Shown: positions 32,709-40,310 of the stretch, piece after piece
Position numbering within the stretch: the stretch's first letter is position 1
How the letters are laid out: every line of letters begins with the position of its first letter
Source of the DNA: Holophagae bacterium
GTDB lineage: Bacteria; Acidobacteriota; Thermoanaerobaculia; Thermoanaerobaculales; Sulfomarinibacteraceae
Assembly: GCA_030637505.1 (NCBI GenBank)
Contig: DAOWGJ010000058.1
Location: forward strand, 1-41,663
Direction of reading: 5' to 3'
Length of the DNA: 41,663 nucleotides
Notes under the pieces: model-generated
What the model was told of the DNA's origin: nothing
Seen by the model: the letters and a program-made list of their open reading frames with translations, nothing else
Databases searched by the model: none
Position numbers and translations under genes: made by a program

Positions 32709-32999
32709 TCAGGCCTCCGTTGAGTTGATCACGGCCTGAGCTTGCCGTGCCATGCGGCTCTTGTACCGGGAGGCGGTCTTTCGGTGAAGGACGCCCCGTC
32801 GCCAACCGACATCGATGATCGATATCGTCTGTGGAAGCAGTTCCTGAACCTTGGCGGCGTCGCCCTCGTCGAGTGCTACGCGCATCAAACGCATCTGGCG
32901 CCGTACTCTGGTGCGAACGGACTTGTTCCTCATTCGCCGCTCCAAAGATTGGCGGTGGCGCTTCCGGGCCTGTTTCTTGGTTCCCTTGATGGTGGCCAT
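32709..32999 (-). CDS. rpsT: 30S ribosomal protein S20
   Basis: MATIKGTKKQARKRHRQSLERRMRNKSVRTRVRR is typical S20. AAGGAG upstream. Confidence 0.92.
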   Translation of the reverse strand: MATIKGTKKQARKRHRQSLERRMRNKSVRTRVRRQMRLMRVALDEGDAAKVQELLPQTISIIDVGWRRGVLHRKTASRYKSRMARQAQAVINSTEA

Positions 33000-33100
33000 A
33001 CTGTCTTCTCCTTGAATTCTTACGTACTCACCAAGTAGGCGGCACGCACACAGGGCGCGTATTCTAGCGAAACATGCGGCGGAATGCTAGGGGCAATAAA

Positions 33101-33156
33101 GCTGTCAGCTGTCAGCTGTCAGCTTTCAGCTCTGATCCGCCGGCTGAAAGCTCTCT
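33101..33156. repeat. Heptamer tandem array (8 units, the clearest example), abutting the cpoB stop
   Basis: gctgtca x3, gctttca, gctctga, tccgccg, gctgaaa, gctctct. Contains the hairpin AGCTTTCAGC (33121-33130) paired with GCTGAAAGCT (33143-33152). Confidence 0.9.
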
Positions 33157-33999
33157 CTATCTAATATTCAATCCCAGTGATCGCAACTTTTCACGGGCGA
33201 GATCTGCTTCCTTTGTGCCGGGGTGTTCGTACACGACGTACTGGAGGTTGACAACACCCTGGCCCTGGTCGCCTGAATTCAGGTACAAGAGGCCCTTCTT
33301 GAGTTGAGAGGCGGCACCCTTGTCCGAGTTGGGATAGTCCTCGAGAACTTGGCTGAAGGTCTGGATTGCCTCGTCGGTCAAATCCTGGGCCGCGTAGCAC
33401 TCTCCGACCCAATAGAGGGCGTTGTCCGAAAGCTCGGTATCAGGGAAGCGGCGCCGGTAGTCCTGGAAGCCCTGTGCGGCCAGGTCGTAATTTCCACGCA
33501 TGTAGTCCTCATAGGCCGACCGGTAAAGCCGGTCGGGGGACATCTCTGCGCCAGGCGAAGCGACCGCCGTGGCACCAACCGCAGCCCCGGCGGCCAGAGC
33601 CGTCGGGGGCCCCCCGGTTCTACCTTCTGCGTCGGTATTCGGCATTGCCGTTACCGGAGGAAGCGCAACCGTCGATCGGCTTCGCGCGGCCGCCAGTTCC
33701 TGGGAAATCTGCTGCAGTTGGCGAGTGGTCAGTTCAAGGCTGGCATGAAGCCCTTCCATGCGCTCCTGGAGTTTCTGAACCTGCATCGCCAAATCGGCAT
33801 TGGACCGCATGTTCTTTTCTGTCAGCTCCTTCATGCGATTCTCCATCGAGGTGAGGTCTTGCCGTTCAGGAGCATTGCTCCTCATGCCTTGGATTTCACG
33901 CTGAACATCTGTGATTTCACGGTGGAGGAGGGCCATATCCTCGCCTGAGGCACAGGCGAGGGCAGAGATTGCGAGAACGACGATCAGAACCTGGCGCAT
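33157..33999 (-). CDS. cpoB: Tol-Pal system protein CpoB/YbgF (coiled coil plus TPR)
   Basis: Signal peptide, then an N-terminal coiled coil. C-terminal YRSAYEDYMRGNYDLAAQGFQDYRRRFPDTELSDNALYWVGECYAAQ...YPNSDKGAASQLKKG is typical YbgF. Lies immediately downstream of pal. Confidence 0.88.
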   Translation of the reverse strand: MRQVLIVVLAISALACASGEDMALLHREITDVQREIQGMRSNAPERQDLTSMENRMKELTEKNMRSNADLAMQVQKLQERMEGLHASLELTTRQLQQISQELAAARSRSTVALPPVTAMPNTDAEGRTGGPPTALAAGAAVGATAVASPGAEMSPDRLYRSAYEDYMRGNYDLAAQGFQDYRRRFPDTELSDNALYWVGECYAAQDLTDEAIQTFSQVLEDYPNSDKGAASQLKKGLLYLNSGDQGQGVVNLQYVVYEHPGTKEADLAREKLRSLGLNIR

Positions 34000-34018
34000 G
34001 GTGGTGTTCTCCTGTGTT

Positions 34019-34603
34019 CTAGCGGGCTGTTATGACGAAGTGTGAGCGCCGGTTCTGGGACCAGGATTGTTCGTCGTGGCCGAATGAGAACGGCCGTTCC
34101 TCTCCGTAGCTGATCGTCCGGATCCGCTGCGGAGAGATTCCCAGAAAGACCAGGTAGTCCTTGACCGAGTTGGCGCGCCTTTCACCGAGGGCCAAATTGT
34201 ACTCTCGTGTGTTGCGTTCGTCGCAGTGTCCCTCGATCAGGATTTCGACTGACGAATACTGGTTGAGCCATGAGGCGTTACCCGCAATGTGCTCCCGGGA
34301 GGCCTCGCCGATGGTGTAGCTGTCGGTCTCGAAGAACACGTCATCGAGGTAGCCACGGGCGTTGAGGCTGATGAGATCCGCCGGGAGGTCTTCGACGATG
34401 GCCTGTTCGGAGACAACGGTTTCGGCGCCGCCATCGGCGACGTACTCTTCATCGACCGAAGGTTGGGGCGCAGGCGTTGGCGTGGTGTCGACGACTGTTG
34501 GTGCGGTGGACTCGGCCTTGGGTTGAGTGCTGGAACATCCGAAGGAAAGAACCAGAATCAAAGCAAACAATATTGATGCGGCGGCGCGAATTCCTGACGG
34601 CAT
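34019..34603 (-). CDS. pal: Peptidoglycan-associated lipoprotein Pal (OmpA-like domain)
   Basis: Lipobox LSFGC. VFFETDSYTI...ILIEGHCDERNTREYNLALGERRANSVKDYLV..GISPQRIRTISYGEERP. Confidence 0.92.
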   Translation of the reverse strand: MPSGIRAAASILFALILVLSFGCSSTQPKAESTAPTVVDTTPTPAPQPSVDEEYVADGGAETVVSEQAIVEDLPADLISLNARGYLDDVFFETDSYTIGEASREHIAGNASWLNQYSSVEILIEGHCDERNTREYNLALGERRANSVKDYLVFLGISPQRIRTISYGEERPFSFGHDEQSWSQNRRSHFVITAR

Positions 34604-34621
34604 GGAGGCCTCCCTGGTAGT

Positions 34622-34676
34622 ACCTCAGATGAGTAATCTTGAAGCAGATCGCCGTTGAAAATTACTCATCTGAGGT
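34622..34676 (-). promoter_or_regulatory. Perfect 16-bp stem / 23-nt loop hairpin in the predicted pal 5' leader
   Basis: ACCTCAGATGAGTAAT (34622-34637) and ATTACTCATCTGAGGT (34661-34676). It is AT-rich relative to its surroundings and sits 18 nt upstream of the pal ATG. Confidence 0.6.
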
Positions 34677-34679
34677 CTT

Positions 34680-34708
34680 AATGTAGCCCGGAATTGGCGC
34701 AGGATCAA
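34680..34708 (-). promoter_or_regulatory. Candidate sigma70-type promoter for pal-cpoB
   Basis: Reverse strand reads TTGATC-N17-TACATT, ending 3 nt before the leader hairpin. Confidence 0.4.
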
Positions 34709-34739
34709 CGGATGGTCCCGGAAATATTTGGGTTCCCTC

Positions 34740-34768
34740 TTGACACCGGGTGATCCTGGACACATATT
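34740..34768 (+). promoter_or_regulatory. Candidate sigma70-type promoter with an overlapping 9-bp inverted repeat
   Basis: TTGACA (34740-34745)-N17-CATATT (34763-34768). CCTGGACAC-N9-GTGTCCGGG spans the -10 region. Confidence 0.5.
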
Positions 34769-34774
34769 TAAAGT

Positions 34775-34893
34775 GTCCGGGAATTCCGGACCGCGGGTTT
34801 TGGTCGGACCTCGTAGCCGCGTTACCCTCTGCGAAGGCCCGGGTGGGTACACCCGCCGTCACGAAATCCCGCGTTCGCGGGATTTCGTTTGTT
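34775..34893 (+). ncRNA. Candidate ~115-nt structured leader or small RNA ending in an intrinsic-terminator-like hairpin
   Basis: Bounded by the promoter above and by the hairpin ACGAAATCCCGCG (34861-34873) paired with CGCGGGATTTCGT (34876-34888), followed by TTGTT. The upstream segment CCGCGGGTTTT (34791-34801) could alternatively pair with the 5' arm. I recognised no known RNA family. Confidence 0.3.
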
Positions 34894-34982
34894 CGGGAAA
34901 CTCCTTGCTACTCTATGACCGATCGGCGGATGCCGGCAGGACGGTTTTCGCCGCTTCGGATGCCGGGCAATGGGGAGTAGGC

Positions 34983-35558
34983 TTGATTACCAAGGAAGAG
35001 TTCGACCATCAGCGGCGCTTGGCCCGCAGGGCTCGCCGGCGGGACCATTATCGGCGTGGCTTGCGTTCCCTGGCCATTGCCGGCTGGAACACTTCCAAGG
35101 AGCACAATGTCGGGACACTGGTGAGAACGGCTCACGCGGTTGCCGCAGAAGAAGTTGTTCTTGTTGGTGATCGTGACTGGAACGTCGAGGCCGCCAAGAC
35201 CTCCGAATATTTTACCGATGTGACGATCCTCGAAGACGAAACAGCGTTGTTGGAACATGTCCGGAAGCGTGGTTGGTCGCTGGTGGCCGTGGAACTGGAC
35301 AGCAGAGCCGTCAGTCTGTTCGATGCCGAATATCCTGAAAATCCGTGCTTTCTCCTGGGTGCCGAGAGGGACGGCCTTCCTCGGAGTCTGATTGATGCAG
35401 CGGAAATTGTCGTACAGATCCCCCAATGGGGCCTCGTGCCATGCCTGAATCTTGCGGTTGCCGGGTCGATCGTCCTGTACGACTACCTGGCAAAGCAGCA
35501 ACAAAAGGGCGCCCTCGACCGGCCTGAGGGCGGGCTCGTGCCGCTGGAAGACAGCTGA
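34983..35558 (+). CDS. SpoU/TrmH-family RNA 2'-O-methyltransferase
   Basis: Motifs NTSKEHNVGTLVRTAHA, FLLGAERDGLP and IPQWGLVPCLNLAVAGSIVLYD. Start set at TTG 34983 (GGGGAG 5 nt upstream). The start is uncertain; the track ORF from 34728 would run through the promoter and hairpin. Confidence 0.7.
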   Translation: MITKEEFDHQRRLARRARRRDHYRRGLRSLAIAGWNTSKEHNVGTLVRTAHAVAAEEVVLVGDRDWNVEAAKTSEYFTDVTILEDETALLEHVRKRGWSLVAVELDSRAVSLFDAEYPENPCFLLGAERDGLPRSLIDAAEIVVQIPQWGLVPCLNLAVAGSIVLYDYLAKQQQKGALDRPEGGLVPLEDS

Positions 35559-35574
35559 TAGCTGACAGCTTCAA
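35554..35574. repeat. Heptamer array (3 units) overlapping the methyltransferase stop codon
   Basis: gctgata gctgaca gcttcaa; the TGA at 35556-35558 lies inside unit 1. Confidence 0.75.
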
Positions 35575-35589
35575 TGCTATTCTCCCCGA

Positions 35590-38046
35590 ATGAAGTCGCG
35601 ATTGGTCAAGTTCCTGACCCGTGCGGTCTGGGCGATTGTTATTGGGTGCCTTGTCGGGGCCTTCGCCGGATGGTTGGCTGCACGAGCCCTTCACATTCCG
35701 CAACTGGATCAGCTTCCGACCTACCGTCCAGCGACCACATCCCACATTTTTGCCGCCGACGGGAGTGCCTCTGCCAGCTTCGCCTTGGAGCGACGTGTCG
35801 AACTTCCGCCGGAGGCTATCCCGGACACCATCAAGCTTGCGATCGTCGCCATCGAAGACGCCAATTTTTACACCCACGGCGGCGTTGATCCCAAGGCGAT
35901 CCTCAGGGCTGTGATCGGTTCGATCATGACCAGGCGCTTTGGCGGTCGAGGGGGCGCCTCAACCCTGACGCAGCAGTTGGCCAAAAATCTGTTCCTCAGC
36001 CGTGAACGCACCCTGACTCGAAAGGTCAAGGAGATGTTCCTGGCGATGGACATGGAAAAACGTCTCTCCAAGGACCAGGTCATCTCGATGTACGCCAACC
36101 AGATCTACCTGGGGCAGGGCGCCTACGGCATCGAGGCTGCGGCCCAAGTCTATTTTGGCAAGCCCGCGGTCGATCTGGAGCTTCCCGAAGCGGCGATGCT
36201 CGCCGGGATGATTCAAAACCCCGAGCGTCTCCACAACCCCATCAGAAACCCCGAGGGCACCCGGAATCGCCGGAATCACGTTCTCGCCAAAATGTTTGAG
36301 CTGGGCTTCATCGGCCGGGAGGCCTATGAGACGGCGGTCAACGAACCGTTGGAAGTTTCGATTCACAGGGAGAGCAAGGTCGGCGGCGACTATTTTGTCG
36401 AGCACGTCAGAAAGACCATCGAACAGCGATATGGGACGGACGCCCTCTACACAGCCGGCCTCCAAGTCGACGTGACGATGGAACCCGCGCTGCAACGGGC
36501 GGCGGAACGGGCCGTCAGAGAGGGCCTGGTCGAATTGGAGACGACCCGCCTGGGCTACAGGAAGCCGCCCAATGTCGTCACGTCCGGTCTGGCGGCAGAT
36601 TCTGAGTCGTACGAAGATCCTTCATGGAAGGGGCTGACGTTCGACCCGTCGTCGATGGTCAAGGCCGTCGTCCTGGAGGTTGGGCGTTCGGTCGCTCGGC
36701 TGAACATCGCTGGTCGCGAGGCGACTCTCAGGCTCGACGACGCTTCCTGGACCAGGACCTCCTCGCTGACCAGGATCCTCAAGAAGGGGGACCTCGTGCT
36801 GGTGCGGCTTCCGGAGGCCCCGCCGGAGGTCGGTTCGGACGACGAACTCAGGGTCATGCTGGTGCAGGAGCCGGAGATCGAAAGCGCCTTGCTTGCGATG
36901 GATAACCGGACCGGGGCTGTCCTCGCGATGGTCGGTGGCTTCGACTTCGAACGGTCAGAGTTCAACAGGGCTGTCCAGTCCAAGCTCCAGTGTGGGTCGG
37001 CGTTCAAACCCTTCGTCTACCTGACGGCGTTCGAGCGAGGTTTCACACCGGCGGACACGGTTTTTGACGGGCCGGCCCTGTTTCCGGACGGCAGTGGAGA
37101 ACTGACCTACTGCCCCAGGAACTATTACGGAAAGTATTTCGGCGTCACCACCCTGAGACGGGCCCTCGAACTGAGTTTCAACGCCAGTGCGGTCAAGCTT
37201 CAGGACATGGTCGGAGGTCAAGCGGTTGTTGAGACCGCCAAGGCGATGGGCATCTCGACCCCTTTGAGACCCTACCCGTCGCTCGCCCTGGGCACTCTGG
37301 GTGTACGGCTGATCGATCTGGTCCGGGCATATGCCGGCTTCGCCAATCTCGGAGAGGTTCCGGCGCCGTATTTCATCTCAGAGGTTCGGGACCGGGATGG
37401 GCGGTCGTTGGAGCGTTTCTTCCCCAGCCTTGAGCGGAAGGCCCCCGCCGCGGCCAGCTATCTCTTGCTCCACGTCCTCGAAGGGGTTGTCAAAAGGGGC
37501 ACCGGCCAGAAAGCCAAGGTGTTGGATGCCCATCTGGCGGGCAAGACGGGAACGACGGACGATTACTCCGACGCTTGGTTTGTCGGGTCCTCCCCCCGCA
37601 TCACGGTCGGTGTGTGGGTCGGCAGGGACAAAAAGGCGCCTATCGGGAAGAGGATGACAGGGGCCGCCGCGGCTTTGCCGATCTGGATCAAATTCATGGA
37701 GGCCTACTTAGAGACGCTGGACGAAGCGGCGAGGGCCGAGAGGTTTCCCGTGCCGGCTGGTGTGGTCTTCAGTGCCGTGGACTGGTATTCCGGTCACGTG
37801 GTCGTACCGGCCTGCGCCGATCGAAGCCGGGTCGTCTTGGAGGCCTTTCTCGATGGGACAGAACCCCTGGTGACCTGTGAGGGCGACGAACCGGGTCTTT
37901 GGGAATTGCCCTGGCCGTTCCAGCAGGCCTATTACACGCCCAGAATCGGGGAACCGATGCCAGACCTTCAATCTCTGGCTCGTGCCGATGAACGCCTCGA
38001 AGAAGAAAAAGAAGAAGCCGAAGCTAAAGCGAGGGAAGGGCGGTAA
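35590..38046 (+). CDS. mrcA: Class A penicillin-binding protein (PBP1A: GT51 glycosyltransferase plus transpeptidase)
   Basis: GT51 motifs IVAIEDANFYTHGGVD, GGASTLTQQLAKN and RKVKEMFLAMDMEKR. Transpeptidase motifs SAFKPF (SxxK), SFN (SxN) and KTGTT. N-terminal TM anchor. Confidence 0.92.
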   Translation: MKSRLVKFLTRAVWAIVIGCLVGAFAGWLAARALHIPQLDQLPTYRPATTSHIFAADGSASASFALERRVELPPEAIPDTIKLAIVAIEDANFYTHGGVDPKAILRAVIGSIMTRRFGGRGGASTLTQQLAKNLFLSRERTLTRKVKEMFLAMDMEKRLSKDQVISMYANQIYLGQGAYGIEAAAQVYFGKPAVDLELPEAAMLAGMIQNPERLHNPIRNPEGTRNRRNHVLAKMFELGFIGREAYETAVNEPLEVSIHRESKVGGDYFVEHVRKTIEQRYGTDALYTAGLQVDVTMEPALQRAAERAVREGLVELETTRLGYRKPPNVVTSGLAADSESYEDPSWKGLTFDPSSMVKAVVLEVGRSVARLNIAGREATLRLDDASWTRTSSLTRILKKGDLVLVRLPEAPPEVGSDDELRVMLVQEPEIESALLAMDNRTGAVLAMVGGFDFERSEFNRAVQSKLQCGSAFKPFVYLTAFERGFTPADTVFDGPALFPDGSGELTYCPRNYYGKYFGVTTLRRALELSFNASAVKLQDMVGGQAVVETAKAMGISTPLRPYPSLALGTLGVRLIDLVRAYAGFANLGEVPAPYFISEVRDRDGRSLERFFPSLERKAPAAASYLLLHVLEGVVKRGTGQKAKVLDAHLAGKTGTTDDYSDAWFVGSSPRITVGVWVGRDKKAPIGKRMTGAAAALPIWIKFMEAYLETLDEAARAERFPVPAGVVFSAVDWYSGHVVVPACADRSRVVLEAFLDGTEPLVTCEGDEPGLWELPWPFQQAYYTPRIGEPMPDLQSLARADERLEEEKEEAEAKAREGR

Positions 38047-38052
38047 AGCCGG

Positions 38053-38520
38053 TCAACCGACGAGCGCCCGGACCCTTTCCAGGAATCCTTCGGGTGGCAG
38101 GTAACCGGGGATTCGCCCCAGTTCAGTGCCGTCGGTGCTGAGCAGCAGAACGGTCGGGAGTCCATCGACCCGGTACTGGTCTGAGAGGTCCCGGCCGTCG
38201 CCGTCGACGTCCATGCGTACGGGTACGGTGTTCTCAGCCAGGAAATTGGCGACCGAGGTGTCGGCCAGCGTTGTGTCTTCGAGTTTTTTGCACCAGATAC
38301 ACCAGTCGGCGTAGAAGGTCACCAGGACAACCTTTTCTTCCGAGCGTGCCCTGAAGAAAGCGGCATCCCACGTCCCCGCCCACTGAATATTCCCGTTCTG
38401 GGCATTCGAAACGGCGGCCTGCGCGGTTCCTTCCGGGCCTTCCTGGCCGGTGCAGCCGGCAAAGGTGCCCAGCACGAGGCACATCAGGCCGAGTCGGGAT
38501 ATCAAGGTCATCTGCTTCAT
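38053..38520 (-). CDS. Thioredoxin-fold lipoprotein (CxxC)
   Basis: MKQMTLISRLGLMCLVLGTFAGC is a signal peptide plus lipobox. FYADWCIWCKKLE is the CxxC motif. GLPTVLLL. GGAGG upstream of the ATG at 38518-38520. Confidence 0.8.
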   Translation of the reverse strand: MKQMTLISRLGLMCLVLGTFAGCTGQEGPEGTAQAAVSNAQNGNIQWAGTWDAAFFRARSEEKVVLVTFYADWCIWCKKLEDTTLADTSVANFLAENTVPVRMDVDGDGRDLSDQYRVDGLPTVLLLSTDGTELGRIPGYLPPEGFLERVRALVG

Positions 38521-38622
38521 TCTTCCTCCGGGCCGACGTTTCGAGTGTCGGCGGGCGAGCATTCTACACCGAGTTCTTGTCCGGAGCTCGACAGGGGTTA
38601 CACCGAGGTCCTCTTCCGACAG

Positions 38623-38741
38623 AATTCTACGCTCTTTGGAAGAAAGCTGTCAGCAATCAGCCGTTAGCAATTAGCAAGACAACTTCGCAGCTCTCAGGTC
38701 GAGTTTTCTAAGCTAACCGCTAATAGCTCACTGCTAACAGC
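38623..38741 (+). repeat. Left arm of the ~120-bp inverted repeat flanking the PP2C phosphatase gene
   Basis: Hand alignment to the reverse complement of 40190..40310 gives 77/80 identical over 38623-38702. After that come a short variable block and conserved AGCTAACCGCT / GCTAACAGC blocks. The inner two-thirds are built of AGCnnnn heptamers. Confidence 0.85.
38624..38653 (-). promoter_or_regulatory. Candidate promoter inside the left repeat arm, facing the thioredoxin-like gene
   Basis: Reverse strand reads CTGACA-N18-TAGAAT, about 100 nt upstream of the ATG at 38520. Confidence 0.45.
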
Positions 38742-38977
38742 TCCCCTTGTGGGGTCGCCGTCTTGTCGATTCCGGTCTCTCGTGACATGATCCAGCCTGA
38801 CCTTCTCACCGGTTTTCGTTGCGAGGGGCGGAAGACGCAGCGAGGTTCTGCGGTTTCGCAGGTTGAGCGAACGAGGTGTACTTGACGGTACACCGATTAA
38901 GAGAAATCAAGAAAACGCCGAAGATCGTTGTGTATTTCGCTCCGTAGCAGATCACCGGTAAGAAGGTCAGGCGAACC

Positions 38978-40204
38978 ATGCCGAGACGGACTATTTCCTT
39001 GTATCACCGGATCGAAAGGGCGCTGGAGACCATTGCGGCCGGATCAACGCCTCTCCAGACGATCCAGCAAACGGCGGATTTTCTGGCCACCTCCTTTTCC
39101 GATGACCTCGGCTTGATCGGTGGGCGGATCTACCGCCTTGACGACGAGTCGTATGAACTGGTGGCGACATTCGGCGGAGCGGGTGCTGCGATTTTGGGTC
39201 AGCGTGTCGACCCGAACTACGCCCCGATTCGACGGTTGTTCGATACGGGGACCTTGGTTATGCACCGGGATGACCCGGAACTGGACCCCAGTCTCGAGAG
39301 CCTGCTGGGCACGAGAGAGGTCTTCGCCACCGCGATCGTCGATGGCGGGAACTTCATCCTGAGTTTCGATGTGGATGCGCACGAGGAAAATCGGGAAGAT
39401 CTGGTCTCCACCCTCAACATCGTTCGGCTGGCGATCAACCAGCAACTTCGTGAAGAACGCATGGCAGCGGTCATGGAGGAGGCTCGTCAGATTCAGACTT
39501 CGATCCTGCCGCGGCACATGGAGGCGCCGGGCCAGTTTGTCGTGGCGGCCCGGAGCCTGCCCGCTGAAGTCGTCGGCGGCGATTTCTATGATCTGATTCC
39601 CATGGATGAGACGGCCTTCAGTGTCGTCGTCGCCGATGCGACCGGGCACGGCCTTCCGGCGGCATTGCAGGTTCGCGATGTCTTCACCGGTCTGCGCATG
39701 GGCCTTTCCCGCGAGTACAAACTGGGTCGGACCCTGGAGCGGCTCAACGGCATCATCCACGGCAGTCGGATGGCGACCAAATTTGTTTCACTTTTTCTTG
39801 CCGAGATTGACCTCGACGGCACCATGATCCACTGCAGCGCGGGACATCCGCCGGCCCTGTTGGTGCGCGCTTCGGGGGAAATCGAGCGACTGGCAATCGG
39901 CGGTTTGCCGTTGGGACCTTTCCCCAATGCCCGATACACTGCAGGCCTGACCCAATTCCACAAAGATGACACCCTGGTGATGTATTCGGACGGCATCACC
40001 GAGGCTCATGGAGTGGGTGAAATTGAGTTCGGGATGGATCGGCTCGAGACCATGGTGGTTGCGTCAAGGCATCTGGATCCAGAGGCCCTGGTCGAGAAAA
40101 TCTTCGAAGAAGTCTCGAACTTTTCCGGCGGCAAACCGGCCCATGACGACCAGACGGTGTTGGTGGTGCAGTGGCGCATCTCTCCAGAAGCTGTTAGCCA
40201 TTAG
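38978..40204 (+). CDS. GAF-domain PP2C/SpoIIE-family serine phosphatase (RsbU-like)
   Basis: PPM motifs VGGDFYDLIP, VVVADATGHGLPAAL, MYSDGITEA and HDDQTVLVV. About 180-aa N-terminal GAF-like sensor region. Confidence 0.88.
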   Translation: MPRRTISLYHRIERALETIAAGSTPLQTIQQTADFLATSFSDDLGLIGGRIYRLDDESYELVATFGGAGAAILGQRVDPNYAPIRRLFDTGTLVMHRDDPELDPSLESLLGTREVFATAIVDGGNFILSFDVDAHEENREDLVSTLNIVRLAINQQLREERMAAVMEEARQIQTSILPRHMEAPGQFVVAARSLPAEVVGGDFYDLIPMDETAFSVVVADATGHGLPAALQVRDVFTGLRMGLSREYKLGRTLERLNGIIHGSRMATKFVSLFLAEIDLDGTMIHCSAGHPPALLVRASGEIERLAIGGLPLGPFPNARYTAGLTQFHKDDTLVMYSDGITEAHGVGEIEFGMDRLETMVVASRHLDPEALVEKIFEEVSNFSGGKPAHDDQTVLVVQWRISPEAVSH

Positions 40205-40310
40205 CTTTGAGCGGTTAGCTGAGGATACCGTCGATCTGAGAGCTGTGAAGTTGTCTTGCTAATTGCTAACGGCTGATTGCTTACAGCTTTCTTCCAAAGA
40301 GCGTAGAATT
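40190..40310 (-). repeat. Right arm of the inverted repeat; overlaps the last codons and stop of the PP2C gene
   Basis: Reverse complement of 38623..38741 (see the left arm). A further CTCTTCC/GGAAGAG match lies just outside, at 38611-38617 and 40317-40323. Confidence 0.85.
40280..40309 (+). promoter_or_regulatory. Candidate promoter inside the right repeat arm, facing the hexapeptide-transferase gene
   Basis: CTTACA-N18-TAGAAT, followed about 20 nt later by AAGGAG and the ATG at 40342. Confidence 0.45.

Noticed and set aside
33101-33156. Heptamer arrays considered as possible CRISPR arrays or minisatellite coding repeats.
   Set aside because: The units are 7 nt and contiguous with no spacers, the arrays are 14-56 bp long, and no cas genes are present. 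They lie outside coding frames except for the last codons of the upstream genes.
34915-34980. A 21-codon uORF (MTDRRMPAGRFSPLRMPGNGE) ending 2 nt before the proposed TTG start of the TrmH-like gene, considered as a possible leader peptide.
   Set aside because: It has no Shine-Dalgarno sequence and no run of a regulatory amino acid. It cannot be supported from sequence alone, so it is mentioned only as context for the leader finding.
38884-38900. TTGACG within the small hairpin GTGTAC-TTGACG-GTACAC upstream of the PP2C gene, considered as its promoter.
   Set aside because: No acceptable -10 element lies at 16-19 nt spacing, so the PP2C promoter is left unassigned.
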